A stretch of DNA of 64,000 bases from Octopus sinensis (GCF_006345805.1 NC_043009.1:53754001-53818000), one strand, 5' to 3'; positions 40,640-54,455 are shown, counted from the stretch's first letter. The notes: a model not told the origin generated them from the sequence alone. Made by a program: numbers and translations.

Positions 40640-41408
40640 GCAAAATGTTTCCTGTTTTTCCTGCAACACTTTATTTGTCTTCTGACGTCTTTGCACTGGC
40701 TGTGTGTGAAAACTCTTACTGTTGGATTTCTTCCGTGTAATGCCTTAAATTTATTATCATGTCACACTCTTCCGATAGTTTGTGAAATGTCAAATCCTTT
40801 GCTAGAATTTTCGTTCGGATTTTTGCATCACTTTTTATCTGTCAATCCTTGTGTAGAAATCAAACACTTGAAAGAATCAGGAGTATGCATATCAAGCCTA
40901 AATCTCTCACATTCTTTGTTGATTTTACCTGTGGAATTAGTGAAGACTTCATCGCTCTTATTTGTTTAAACATTTCCATCTGGTATTAAACAGTGAGCTC
41001 TTTTCGTCAAACATCTTGCACAAAATGTTACTGTGTCGGTGAAATATATGCCGGACGCTTTTTTTTTGCCGTATGAAATTACTATATTTCTCAGGTTCTG
41101 CTGTTGATAGTTTTCTTAAAATTAGAAGCACGTTTTGAATTCGCCCGTCTAAACTTAATATGCTTTTTCAAACATTTGTTCAAACTTTCGAAAGTAATCC
41201 TCGAAGGTTACTCCTTCTTCGGGTTAATATTTGAATTCGCTTATGGAATTTGCTACATACTCAGGCGAAAATGTATTCCCGGTTTGGTTGTCAACTTCAT
41301 TCGTTGTAACATATGCTGCTGCAATCTACGTTGTTGTTCTCGTTGTTCCTTGAGTTGTAGTAGTTGCTGTTCGTGCAAGTCAACTACCCTAACTAACAAG
41401 TCTTCCAT
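40640..41408 (-). mobile_element. Gypsy/Ty3 LTR-retrotransposon gag remnant
   Basis: MEDLL...QQ-rich coil; FSPEYVANSISEFKY.PEEGVTFEDYFRKFE; LRKLSTAEPEKYSNFI; GKINKECERFRL...PDSFKCLI. Confidence 0.75.
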
Positions 41409-41500
41409 ATTTTATGATTTTCGTTAGTTTTCACAAGGTTTTTAATATTTTTTTTGCCGAGTTCTTTAATTTTCCACGTGAATTAGTTTAAACGCCCCGA

Positions 41501-41783
41501 CTTGTAAGCCTAGTACTTACTCCATTCATCTCTTTTGCCGAACCGCTAAGTCACGGGGACGTAAACACGCCTACACTGGTTGTCAAGCGATGTTAGGGGC
41601 ACAAACACACACACAAATACATACATATATATATACATACGACGGGCTTTTTTTCGATTTCTGTGTACCAAATCCACTGACAAGATTTTGGTCGGCTGAA
41701 GACACTTGCCCATGGTACCACACAGTGGGATTGAACCCGTAGCATGTAGCTGGGCAGTAAGCTTCTTGCCACGCAGCCACCTC

Positions 41784-41786
<3 letters not shown>
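41501..41786 (-). mobile_element. SINE family B copy
   Basis: ttttgccgaaccgctaagtcacggggacgtaaac...gacacttgccc...cagccac. Confidence 0.85.
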
Positions 41787-41821
<35 letters not shown>

Positions 41822-42499
41822 ATTCACCATGCTGACCGCTGATATCTATCAGTTTTTTCAATCTCTCTCTGTGTTTATTTTTTCTTATTCCTTTCCGTTG
41901 AAGAGCGTACGTTCGAAACGTATGTATGTATGTACGTATGGATGGATGGGGGAAGGACGGGTGTGATTGTGAGTGCGTCTGCGTGTGTCTGTTTGTATGT
42001 GTCCGAGTTTTAGTACGTATATAGAAGTATATGCGAACCAACACGCATCTGAACGTAAAGGCCTAATGTTAAAGGTAAGCTAAGGACAATCGCATGTGTA
42101 ACCAGCCATGAAAAACAAATCAACAGTACAAAGAAATCAAATGCGGATCCTTTTGAATGGCAACAGATTTAGCAGTATGAGAAGCACCATCCTTGCTCCT
42201 ACGCACTCAAAGCAGTTTGTCAACGGCCATTCAGCAACAATACACCCTGATAAGTTTAGTGACTACTAATAAATGCAGGCTATGGCAGACAGAGAGGATG
42301 CTCTTGAAACCGAGGATTTTTAACGTAGGGGGACAATGTTTACACATCGCCTTTGGAAACGTAACTAGATCTCATAATGCAGGGAAACGGCTGCATAATC
42401 ACTTACCTGCACGCCTGCAGATTTACATTGCGTGGAAACAATTGCAATGATAAAAAATATAAATGTCCAACCGTACTCCTTCTTGTTGACTCCAGTCCT

Positions 42500-42721
42500 A
42501 GCTGGCAGAGATGGTAGCACGCCGGGCGAAATGCTTAGCAGTATTTCGTCTGCCATTACGTCCTGAGTTCAAATTCCGCCGAAGTCGACTTTGCCTTTCA
42601 TCCTTTCGAGGTCGATAAATTAAGTAGCAGTTACGCACTGGGGTCGATATAATGGACTTAATCCCTTTGTCTGTCCTTGTTTGTCCCCTCTGTGTTTAGC
42701 CCCTTGTGGGTAGTAAAGAAA
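42500..42721 (+). mobile_element. SINE family A1
   Basis: agctggcagag...gagttcaaattccgccgaagtcgactttgcctttcatcc...gccccttgtgggtagtaaagaaa. Confidence 0.92.
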
Positions 42722-42958
42722 TATATTATCTATTCATACACAACAGATGCCCAAAATCTGGAATTACGTATAATACAACTAGTGGATAGCAAAGGGTAAA
42801 TCTGAAGACAGATGATCTTTATATTGTACTCTACTACCTTCTTAAGAGAATAAACCGTATATATAGATATATACACACATATATATGTATATATATGTAT
42901 GTATATATCTATCTATCTATCTATCTATATATATATATATACTATATATATATATATA

Positions 42959-43015
<57 letters not shown>

Positions 43016-43400
43016 AGAGTGCGTATTGAGGTTTTGTATGATTCTTAGCAGTCTTTATTTCAAATCTGTGAATTATGACAGTGAAAGTCAAAGTCAAACT
43101 GGTATATTTAGTGAGCCGTTATAGTCTGACTTTTGAACACGCAAGTACTGATGATAGATATGACAGCATATCAGTCGATGAGTTTGTCATATGTAAACCG
43201 TTTCTCATAAATCAATATAAAAGCGATAGAGATAGCAATTTTGTGATCGTCTAGGTTCTAATATGTCGTAGTTATATTGACAATACACGCATATATCCTT
43301 TAATATACGTCTATGTGTATATATATATATGTATATGTGTGTGTGTGCGTGTGTGTATGATGTGTGTAAATGCATGTATATATGTATATATATATATTTA

Positions 43401-43445
<45 letters not shown>

Positions 43446-43594
43446 GTATGCACACTAACTCACACATGCACACATATACACGCACGCACTCGCTGACACA
43501 TTCATACAAGCAAGTCTATATACCTATACATTTATATATACACCACTCTTACACATACACACATTATATATATATATATATATTCATATATATA

Positions 43595-43666
<72 letters not shown>

Positions 43667-43913
43667 TACATAGATGCATATATCTATATATATATATATA
43701 TCCATATATTTGTGTGCATCTATTTATGTGTCTGTGCGTGTGTGGATGTGTATGTGTATACATTTGTTCACATTTCTTTTCATGTATTGTAGTTGAGGAT
43801 AGGATGAGATGGAATTATGATCATTACGATGATGGTTTTAATGAGAACATTATAGATCTTCTGTCGATTAATAAGTAAAACCATAATGCTAATAATAATA
43901 ATAATGATGATAT

Positions 43914-43963
<50 letters not shown>

Positions 43964-43972
43964 ATAATAATA

Positions 43973-44011
<39 letters not shown>

Positions 44012-44029
44012 TGATGATGATGAGGATAA

Positions 44030-44610
44030 TAAACTCGAACCCGGTTGTAAATGATAAAGGAGGTCGATGAACATCTGTTGTTAGTGGGCAGCCTCATGAT
44101 TAACAACTTGAAGAGCAGCTACCGACTAATAGACGGACTGTCTGATGTCATAATTATAAGAATTGAATTAGAAAATGCACCGAAACAATGTGAAAAGGGA
44201 GGAAGATTAATTAAGAACACCAATATTATGAAATATAAAGAATTAGAAACAAGACAGTCGGACTAATCGCAGACATAGACTTTATACAGGAATCATTGAA
44301 CTATGTAGAGTACAATACACACAAATGAAAGTTAGGAATGAATATTGTAGATGTGTTCGATTAATTCTTAGAAGAGAGCTAAAGGCAATATGTATATAAA
44401 ATAATAGGTGTCAATAGATGAGCTGTCATAACAATAAGTTGTAATGATAATATTCTCGATTGGAAGCTAACTAAATTGATTTGACTAGACAGAGAAAGTA
44501 AAGGAGAACAATAGTGACCGTATTTAAAAAACACAACCAAAATATAGGAAGATTATATATACCGTGAAAGAAGGATGGAATATGGACGATGTAGCTGGAA
44601 ATTCGTTTAA
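44030..44610 (+). mobile_element. R4/Dong-like LINE reverse-transcriptase remnant
   Basis: QMKVRNEYCRCVRLILRREL...KIIGVNR*AV...NILDWKL...LDR...IGRLYIP*K resembles EYYRRVRLILKSELN...RLYIPRK.GGRGL; flanked by (TAA)n. Confidence 0.7.
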
Positions 44611-44695
44611 TATGTCTATTGAAAAATTCGAAAATATTTTGTAAAGAAGCACGAAAAATCAATGCAAATAGCCATAATATGAGCACTGTACACAC

Positions 44696-44727
<32 letters not shown>

Positions 44728-46042
44728 CATACATCTAGATAGATACATACACATACAGCACACATGTATGTAGAATAGTGTAAATTTTAAATAACATCTG
44801 TAGAGAGTAAGCAGAGAATTACTTTCAAAACTACAGAGGTTTCCATGAGTGTCAAAATCAAACTTCTACAAAGCAGCTTGCTTGCATTATTCTGATCGTC
44901 CTGAATCCTACCTGCCTGCTTCGAAATAGATTTAAATAATATTTTAACAAAAACAGTCTGTTGTTTTGTCATCTAAGTTTCATCGAAACCAACAAGTACA
45001 AACAAAGGCTGAAATGGGAATCTTATTCAAGAAGAAAGGGAAAATAACGGAAATTATATTTTTTAAAGTTGGGTAAAACTTAACAAGAATGCGGCATCGG
45101 AAAATCTTGCAAAAGTTATGCGAAGGGAAGTCCCTATAGATGGCCAATACCTGAAAAACGAAGAGAATGAAGAAAAAGAAGAAAGAAACATTGTAAAAAT
45201 AACACTGATTCCACAGCACATGGGCCCTTCAAAGCATTTAGCATGGTGGTAAACTTATAAAATTGAATATAAACAATGATTATGTAATTTCAAGTTATAT
45301 TATATACGACCAACCTATCATCTTGTCTCGATCGAAAGAACGATCAATTATGAAAGCATAGAATTATGTGTTTATAAAAGCATATGAGTGTGGTGAGTGT
45401 GTGTGTATAAATATATGTATAAATGTATATGTATTTATATTATATACGTTATATGCATACATACATATATATTTATGTATAAAAATTTACATAAACATAT
45501 AAATATATATGTGTTTGTATATAAGATGTATGTATATTTGCATGTATATATGCATAGGCATATATACATATATAGAGAGATGTTCATACATATATATATA
45601 TACATACATATACAAATAAATATATACATATACATATAAAAATAAGGTGAATAACATCATATACATATCTATATCTTATGTTTCATTTTTACTTGCTTCA
45701 GTCGTTCGACTTCGGCCTTGCTGGGGCAACACCTTGAAAAATTTTTTAGCCGAATGAATTGACCCAAATAATTATTTTCTCTTTAAGGCTGCTACTTATC
45801 CCATCGGTTCTCTTGCCGAACCGTTAAGTTACAGGACGTAAACATGCAAATAGCGGTTCTCAAGCGGTAGTGGGGCACACGCATACACGCTTATATATAT
45901 ATATATATATACATAATGGTGTCATTGAGACTCAAAGGTGTCAGGTAATGTTCAATAAGTGCTATAGACAGACCATAGTTAAGTTCCAGATTCGGTAATA
46001 ATGTGAATAAAGGGTTCAACGTTGGTTCTATGTCAGCGTGTG

Positions 46043-46188
46043 TATATATGAATTTTTGCGTAATGAGATAACAAAAAACCAAGGCTGTATAGATATTAGA
46101 GCATTTATACATAGAAATATAGATATTTGCTCTAATATCTATACAGCCTTGGATTTTTTTATCTCATTACGCTAAAATTTATATATAT
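46043..46188. repeat. Foldback with arms of about 60 bp and a loop of about 24 nt, between TA tracts
   Basis: gcgtaatgagataa..aaaaccaaggctgtatagatattagagca versus tgctctaatatctatacagccttggatttttttatctcattacgc. Confidence 0.9.
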
Positions 46189-46342
46189 ATATATATTAAT
46201 AGTAATGGTAAGACAACAAAACAATGAAACAGACCTCGGTATTATGTAAATAGAGGAATTTATCTGTAATATGATACGTGACAATTATTCGGTTCATTTG
46301 ATTGCCTCGATAATTGACGAGATGTTACATATTATATTACAG

Positions 46343-46399
<57 letters not shown>

Positions 46400-46569
46400 C
46401 GACTAGTTGCTTTCAGTTTCCCACTACAAATCACAAGGCTTTGGTCGGACGATTGCTATAACAAAAGTCACTTGCCCGATGTGCTACACAATGCGACTGA
46501 ACTCGGGACCATGTAGTTCGGAAGAAAGCTTGTTACCGCACAATCATGCCTGGGCCTATTCATATATAT

Positions 46570-46770
46570 GTTAGTTACTGCACGCATTTTTTTTCTCTCC
46601 TTCTTTCTGTGTTTTTTTTCTCTCTGTGTATCTTTCTGTTGAAGAGCGTAGGCTCGAAACGTTAAAGACTTGTTTTATTTATATTTCCTGAGCGCCATAC
46701 TAATACAATTGTTTGTTTGTTTCCCACCTGCCTTCGTCTTTTGTCTATTTTCATAAAGCTTCCCGTTATA
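46570..46770 (+). repeat. Dispersed repeat of about 190 bp carrying a hammerhead-like motif (copy 2)
   Basis: Matches 30365-30545. Confidence 0.85.
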
Positions 46771-46775
46771 TATAT

Positions 46776-46822
<47 letters not shown>

Positions 46823-47388
46823 ATATAATGAAAGTAAACAAAGTTTGTTGTAGAAGCGATGAGGTGTATTGAAAGATAGAAAAATAATTTTTCTATTCTC
46901 AAATGCGTGATAATGCTAATACATAGCGTGATCAGGATGAATTATCCATACATTGCAGGCATGTATGTATATAAATATGTATGCATGTATATTATTCTTC
47001 CTGAACTCTTTTACCTGTTATATTTAGCTATATAGGAAGGGTGTTCTGAAACTTTTGACTCCATTAGTATGATTTCAAATTACTAAGACATTTGCTGCCG
47101 CAACGTTAAGGAAGATACTGCTCTGAAAACTTTTGCAACATCTTCCTACACATACCTGTTCACAGAAAAGTTGCAGTCGAATTAATCTGTTCTTCTTTGT
47201 TTGGATATCGTTTCAACGGAAGAAAATATTCTCTATTCATGGAAACATTGCGTTGGATATTCATTGAAACAACGTATAAATGTTTCTATGAACTGATATA
47301 CTCAGAACAAAATGTTCATTAACGTGCAAGGGACGACCTCAGGGACTCTCTCAGCATTATGTATGTTACATTATGTATGTTAGCATAA

Positions 47389-47622
47389 GAAGGCGGCGGG
47401 CTGGCAGAAACGTTAGCACGCCGGGCGAAATGCGTAGCCGTATTTCGTCTGCCGTTACGTTGTGAGTTCAAATTCCGCCGAGGTCGACTTTGCCTTTCAT
47501 CCTTTCGGAGTCTATAAATTAAGTACCAGTTACGCACTGGGGTCGATGTAATCGAATTAATCCGTTTGTCTGTCCTTGTTTATCCCCTCTGTGTTTAGCC
47601 CCTTGTGGGTAGTAAAGAAATA
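47389..47622 (+). mobile_element. Full-length SINE family A1 with a 17-bp TSD
   Basis: TSD tatgtatgttagcataa at 47372-47388 and 47623-47639; A box tggcagaaacg, B box gagttcaaatt. Confidence 0.95.
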
Positions 47623-48873
47623 TATGTATGTTAGCATAATTCATGGAGATTATAATACAGTTCATACTCAAGAACAACACACAGCAAAAGTCCTGCTTGT
47701 GGTCGCTACGTAAGCTACCGCTCAATTTATCTGATATTTCAAAGTGATGTTGGATATATGAAAGAAAAAACAGCCCTTTTAATACTGACAATCGAGATGC
47801 CAGAAAATCTTTTATCTATTGAGTATTGACTGACCTACGTGAAGACACGTGGGCTAGTGGTTACGGTGTTGCGCACAAGATCATAATGTAGTGTTCCATT
47901 TTTGGACAACGTGGTGCGCCCTTTCCCCAAGCAACTTAATTTCTCGTTGCTCTAATCAACTGAGCTAAAAGCTAAGAACTAGTGAGTGCCAGTATAGCCT
48001 TCTCTTTGTGCAGTATGCTGATAATTGTTGTTTTATTCTATCAAAAGAGATGGGGCAGTGAGTGGAATGAGGCAGTCTCTATATTTTCTTGTGGTACGCA
48101 AGCACCCAGAACAATTTATGAAATTACAATACATGTCCTCGAGTCATATGACTGTGCTTTGTCGCTGATCTTTTCAGTGCTAATGTGTGATTCACATTTT
48201 ATCACTGTTTGCATACTTGAGAGAACACGATAGCAGTAAGTGTTCAGCCATAACTACGTGAAGTACCTAACTTTAGGAAGAATATATCTATTGTGTCTAC
48301 ACTGCACTCGTGGAATTGTTGGCACGCTCAGTACCCTCATGTGTCTGTCTCAGATACTAATCTTCAGAACTTTGGAATTACGTTTAAAATCTCTGACACA
48401 TCCTATTCTACAAACCTAACCTTGCTCAAGTTATTACTATCTTTTATTGCGACCACATGAACATTCTCGAGGGAGAAAAAAAAAACCCAACGTGTTTCAT
48501 TGCTAATGATAGAACCCAAAAACGTCCATACACTTATGTCGCAACATCTTCAAAAATCTTATATACTAAGACAAATGTATTGTTGCTTTTGTCATCTCTT
48601 CCCACTGGTTTTCGTGTAACCGTATCAGAAATCTTTTATAATTTATACATTCCTCTGAAGGTAGGTATACATGCGAATGTACATGTATATTCACTATATA
48701 TTTTTGATAATTCAGTCGCAGTCTATAAATATCAGAAAGAGTACCCCTTACTATGCCGAGTGTAGTTTCGAACTACAAATCTATGGGTTAAGGGCCCAAC
48801 TTACCTCCAATAAATCGATCTGCTCAAGAAAAAAAATGATGAAGTGAATATATAACGTATTTTTCTTATGTTG

Positions 48874-49084
48874 TTTACTCTCTCTTTTACTCTTTTACTT
48901 GTTTAAGTCACTTGACTGCGGCCATGCTGGAGCACCGCCTGTAGTCGAGCAACTCGACCCCGGGACTTATTCTTTGTAAGCCCAGTACTTATTCTATCGG
49001 TCTCTTTTGCCGAACCGCTAAGTGACGGGGACATAAACAAACCAGCATCGGTTGTCAAGCAATGCTAGGGGGACAAACACAGAC

Positions 49085-49124
<40 letters not shown>

Positions 49125-49131
49125 CACACAC

Positions 49132-49171
<40 letters not shown>

Positions 49172-49334
49172 CGACGGGCTTCTTTCAGTTTCCGTCTACC
49201 AAATCCACTCACAAGGCTTTGATCGGCCCGAGGCTATAGTAGAAGACACTTGCCCAAGGTGCCACGCAGTGGGACTGAACCCGGAACCATGTGGTTGGTA
49301 AGCAAGCTACTTACCACACAGCCGCTCCTGCGCC
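48874..49334 (-). mobile_element. Full-length SINE family B
   Basis: Minus-strand head ggcgcaggagcggctgtgtggtaag, B box gggttcagtccc, CORE-like accttgggcaagtgtctt, internal TA/TG tract and (gtaaaaga)n tail. Confidence 0.93.
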
Positions 49335-50399
49335 TTGTTGTGGTTTTTATTATTTCGATTATGTCTTTATCATATGTTATTTATTTATTCATATCTATGC
49401 ATTAGATCGTGTCAAATTTACCATATATATTAACTACACAATACATGTTGCAGTGCTGAGCCGTTGATTTATTCATTGAAAAGGGATTTCACTCCGAGTA
49501 TTACATTTGACAAACCACATGCATAACTCTATGCACAGCATATTTATCCGTGTCTCTTAATTTGTCATTTTCATATCAGCCAAAAGGAAACCAATTCTAT
49601 AATTGTTTTCTCAGCAGAGCATAGTAAACGAATTTTCCAGTACTATACCACGAAAAATTAAGAAAAAGAAGTACATGAAGGTCATAAATGGAGCCCTTTG
49701 ATTAACATGAGGTCAATCACAGAAGGCCTCTGCGTAAGCAGCAACAGGGCGTGTATCTCTAAGTATTTGTCCTCAAAACACGGCTCTCAGTAGTTATCTA
49801 TTGGTCAGCATACGGAAGAATAAGCTGAACATCAGCCGCATTTATTGCACAATAGTTATAAGAGAAAAACAGCAATCCAACCAACCAATCAACCAACCAT
49901 GCAAATGATCACAACACATACATAGCTACCAAAATTAATAATAGAAGAGTGTTTACGTCTGTGCTTGCGAGAGTGTGCGTGTATACGTTTCTGTATATAT
50001 GCATGTATGTGCGTGTATGTTTATGTATTCCATACAGACGCATGCGCTGAGATGCAAACACGTTTTCATTTTCTCATATACAGACAAGTGGTAACATTTG
50101 TGTCGCTGTAAACAATAAAATGAATCATTGTTATAGTGAAACGCTTTTAGTCACTGTGCTACGAAGCGAATGTGTCTCAAAGAGAGAGAGAGATGCAGTG
50201 TGTGAGTGTGTATGTGCGTGTGAGTGTGTGTGTGCGTGTGTGTGTGTGTGTGTGCGTACGAATGTATTTACTTTTGTGAGCAAGTGTATTTCCTATCAAT
50301 CCATTCCCACTTTTCGCGGAAATTCATCCCGTAGAGACAGGAATTCTTCTTCTGTGATCGTCCGAAAGAAATAGTAAGTAGAATAAGAAGTAAGAAGCA

Positions 50400-50410
50400 G
50401 CTTACATATA

Positions 50411-50461
<51 letters not shown>

Positions 50462-50480
50462 ATATATAAATATATATACA

Positions 50481-50569
<89 letters not shown>

Positions 50570-50665
50570 ATATATAAATATATATACATATACATATAGA
50601 TATATAGATATATATACATATATATATATATGTATATATGTATATATATATATATACATATATAA

Positions 50666-50715
<50 letters not shown>

Positions 50716-50860
50716 ATATATATATATACATATATATACATATATACATATATATATATATGTATTTATATATACATATATATGTATATAGATATATATG
50801 CGTGTGTGTGTACATATATACACACATGCACAAGCATACGTATGCGTGTGTGTTTGTGTG
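50400..50860. repeat. Long (TA)n/(TACA)n microsatellite; similar tracts at 5900, 16640, 19750, 30545, 33800, 34650, 42860, 43300 and 54300
   Basis: Seen directly. Confidence 0.95.
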
Positions 50861-51339
50861 AGTGAGCGTTCAAGTGTGCCTATTTATTCTAGCGTTTGCA
50901 TACGTTTTTCACGACGAAAAAAATTAATTATCTTAAGACTACCATCAACGTTATTAGCTCACGTTGACCAATCAATAATATTGTGGCAGAATAGTAAAAC
51001 TTTTTTTATAATACAAGGGTGAAGATTTTGTGTTTTACTTTACTTGAAGTCACACACGAACGATGGATTGAGAGCACAGTACGACAAAGTGAGTGTGTGT
51101 AAGTGAGTGTGTGTAAAAGAGAGGGTGAGAGAGAGAGGGGGAGGGAGAGAGAAAGAGAGAAAGCGAGAAAGTGTTCGGATGCATTTTCTTAATGCTGTTT
51201 ATTGCTTTTACAAGATTCAAGATTTGCCGTTATAATGTTTGGCAATAAAAATTTGGGGTTCGATATTTTGCTTCTATTCCATTCAATCTGCTTCGTAAAT
51301 AATATTATTAATACTAGTGTTATAATGCTGCTGCTGTTG

Positions 51340-51390
<51 letters not shown>

Positions 51391-51407
51391 TAAATAATGA
51401 TAATCTT

Positions 51408-51588
51408 TTCTACCATAGGCACGAGACCTGAAATTTTGGTGGGGGGGCTAAGTCGATTACATCGAACCCAGTGTTTAACACGTACTCGAGTTATGGACCA
51501 CAAAAGGATGAACGACAATGTCGACCTTGGCAGAATTTGAACTCACTAACTAACGATGGGCGGAATACTTATTACTTTACTACCAACA
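51408..51588 (-). mobile_element. SINE family A2 fragment joined to the tip of an A1 tail
   Basis: ggcacgagacctgaaatttt..taagtcgattacatcga...gaatttgaactca...cggaatacttattactttactaccaac. Confidence 0.75.
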
Positions 51589-51920
51589 ATTTCCCGGGAA
51601 GTTGCGAAATCCCCGGAACTTTCCATGAAATCCTCGGAACTCTCCAGGCAGTTTCCAACCAAATTTCCAGAAAGTTGGGGAAACCCCGGAACTTTACATA
51701 AAATCATCGGAACAATCCATGAAGTTTCCGACCAATTTTCCGGGAAGTTGGCGAATCCCCGGAACTTTCCACTGTATCCTTGGAACTTTCCATGAAGTTT
51801 ACGACCAAATTTCCAGGAAGTTGGCGAATCCCCGGAATTTTCAATGAAATCCTCGGAACTTTCCAGGAATTTTCCGAAAAATTTTCTAGGAATTTGGGGG
51901 TCCCCGGAAAGTGTCATGAT
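51588..51920. repeat. 73-bp minisatellite, about 4.5 units
   Basis: Units begin at 51588, 51661, 51734, 51807 and 51880 (aaWttYYNggaagttg...ccccggaactttcc). Confidence 0.9.
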
Positions 51921-54455
51921 GGTTCGATGGAATTGACCATACTCCTGCCCCAAAATATCAAGCCCTGTACCTATAACAGGAAGGGTTATTAAACTATGAC
52001 AGTAATAGGCGAGTGTTTTTCAAATTGTTCTAAAGAAATGATAATATTGCAGACTTCTTAATTCTTAAGACTTTGTGTAAATTTACTCAACACCTAAGGT
52101 AGGAAAAATGAGTGGATTTTCACAATAATTTAAATTTCAGGAAATAATGTTTTTGGTTTGCATTTAATATGGAGTGTTTTGTTTAAGGAGTGGAGGATAG
52201 GAATGAGTAGGATACAAAGTAGAGAAAAAAAAGGGGGAGAGGGAAAAGAGATAACAAATATGTGCGTAGCAATGGATAGTCCTCGCTTCCACCAAAAGTA
52301 ATCGGGTAATTTTCAAACTGTCATAACGAATTAACGATAAAACATAAGCATGGATTAAAACGGCGCTGAAGGTGAAAATGGCATGGTAACACATAAATGA
52401 ACTCACATGAACTCAAACAAAAAATGAGCAGAATTTCACTCCAGAAAACAATCTTCCTTGCCATAAGCTAAAATACTAACAATAAAAAAAACAGTAACAC
52501 AAATTTGTTCGATATTAAAAAAAATGTAAAATTTCCTTTGCTTGTGTTATCAGGTTTAGAATAGGTTTAGAAGTGCGATGAATTCAGTGGAAGTAGAAGC
52601 ATATCAGTGGTATCATTTATATTTTGCTTATGTCAGTCACTGGTCTCCAACCATGCTGGAGCACCGCCTTGAATGTCGGATCCGGTACTTATTCTATATA
52701 TTTTTTGCTGAGCAGCTAATTTACATAGATGAGAAGAAACCTAAACCATCATCCATTATCAATTGGTAGAGCGGGATAAACATAAGCAAAAAGACATACG
52801 CACACACACACACATACATATATCAGGATTCCTCACAGTTTTTTTTTGTGAATTTCACTCACAAGGCACTTATCGATCAGGTGTTGTATGAAGAGACACA
52901 TAACCTGTGTGTTACGTAGTGGGGCATGTAATACAAACCATGTAATGACAACGTGAGCTTCTGTGCAATTCTGTGTCTGAGAAATTTTCCAAGTAAGTGC
53001 AAGAACAAAAATACCATATTTCTGGTTCACCAAAACCGGAAGTCATATTTCATGTACCCTCAAAGAAACATCTTAAAGAAGTCCTAGCTGAAATATACAA
53101 AGCTGCTCTGCTTTCGTACTTGGTCTTTGAAAAGGAAAGGCTGAGCGAGAAAGCAGACCAAACAGAGTACCAAATACATACACACAGGCTGGTGCTGATA
53201 TACCTTGTGGAAATAACTTATTAGTCAAAGCATGGGAAATTGGTGGTAACGTTTGTACTTCAAACAACACCCTTTTTGCGCACAATTCAGGGAAATGTTG
53301 AGTAAACTGGTGACACGTGGACGAGTGCTGTTTAAACGTAGAAATCTCAAATTACTCCTTGAGAAAAGTGGACAAAGTCAGAGATTTGATCTGTGAAACT
53401 AATCAGAAAGTATGTAAATGAGATGAAGAGCCTATATTCCCATTGTACTGTTTGAAGTTCAAAATCATTCGAAAATCATATGGAAATATCATGAAAACCT
53501 CCAAAGAAAGAACACATAAAATAAGGATCGAAGAGAAGATGGGCTTCGAGGATATGGAAAATACAAGACAGATTGTAAATTTCAACAAATACATGAATTA
53601 GAATGTCATAGGCCCTTTTCCTAGCATTCCAACAGTGGAACTACTGGTGAGAAGGTTTCAGAGTAAGCATTTTAAATATATTGATGCAAGTTCATGAAAT
53701 TTGGGTGGCGTGTTAATATAGACTTGTATTGCAAAAATGTGAAGTAATGACAGTAGTTCAGCTACAGATTCTTCTTACTCAGTGGCAAAAAACATTGTAC
53801 ATTACATTTAAAATAATCTAAAATGGTTGTATAGTTCATGAGACAACGATTGATCAAGTAAGGAAGTTGTCAGAGAATGAACTCTTGTGCAAATTAAAAC
53901 AATTCATCACTTCCGAGTTGACGAATATTTAAACAGTTACCATCGTATCATTCTGTGGGTCATCGTATTCTCATAAATGTTTAAGAAGGATAGATATAGT
54001 TGCATCATATATATTTAAAAATATAACATTTTGTCTGAAAATTGTACAACTAATCACTCAAATCTATTATTGTATTATAGCTTTCTCTCTCTCTCTCATC
54101 TCTCTATCTCTGTATTTGTACATATATATGCTTCTGTAAGCGTCCGTTACGTGTACGAAACTATTTATGTGAGGCTAAGATTAAGAAACCAATATTGACT
54201 GATAGAGCGACATGATATAGAGATTTTGAAGTAACTAGAATTTTAAGCAGTAATAATGACTGCTCATCCAGACAACGGTTGAAAAACTGGCTCCATGTAT
54301 GTACACACATACACACACACACACACATATATATGCATGTTTATACATACATATATATGTATATATATACACACACACACACACATATATATATGTATAT
54401 ACATATATATACATACATATACATATATATATACATATATACATATATTCATATG

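Noticed and set aside
40466-41427. 167-aa and 107-aa plus-strand ORFs
   Set aside because: Antisense shadows of the minus-strand Gypsy gag remnant.
51546-51992. Repetitive ORFs on both strands, and a possible CRISPR-like array
   Set aside because: The 73-bp period is not a multiple of 3; units are contiguous with no unique spacers; the context is eukaryotic with no cas genes.
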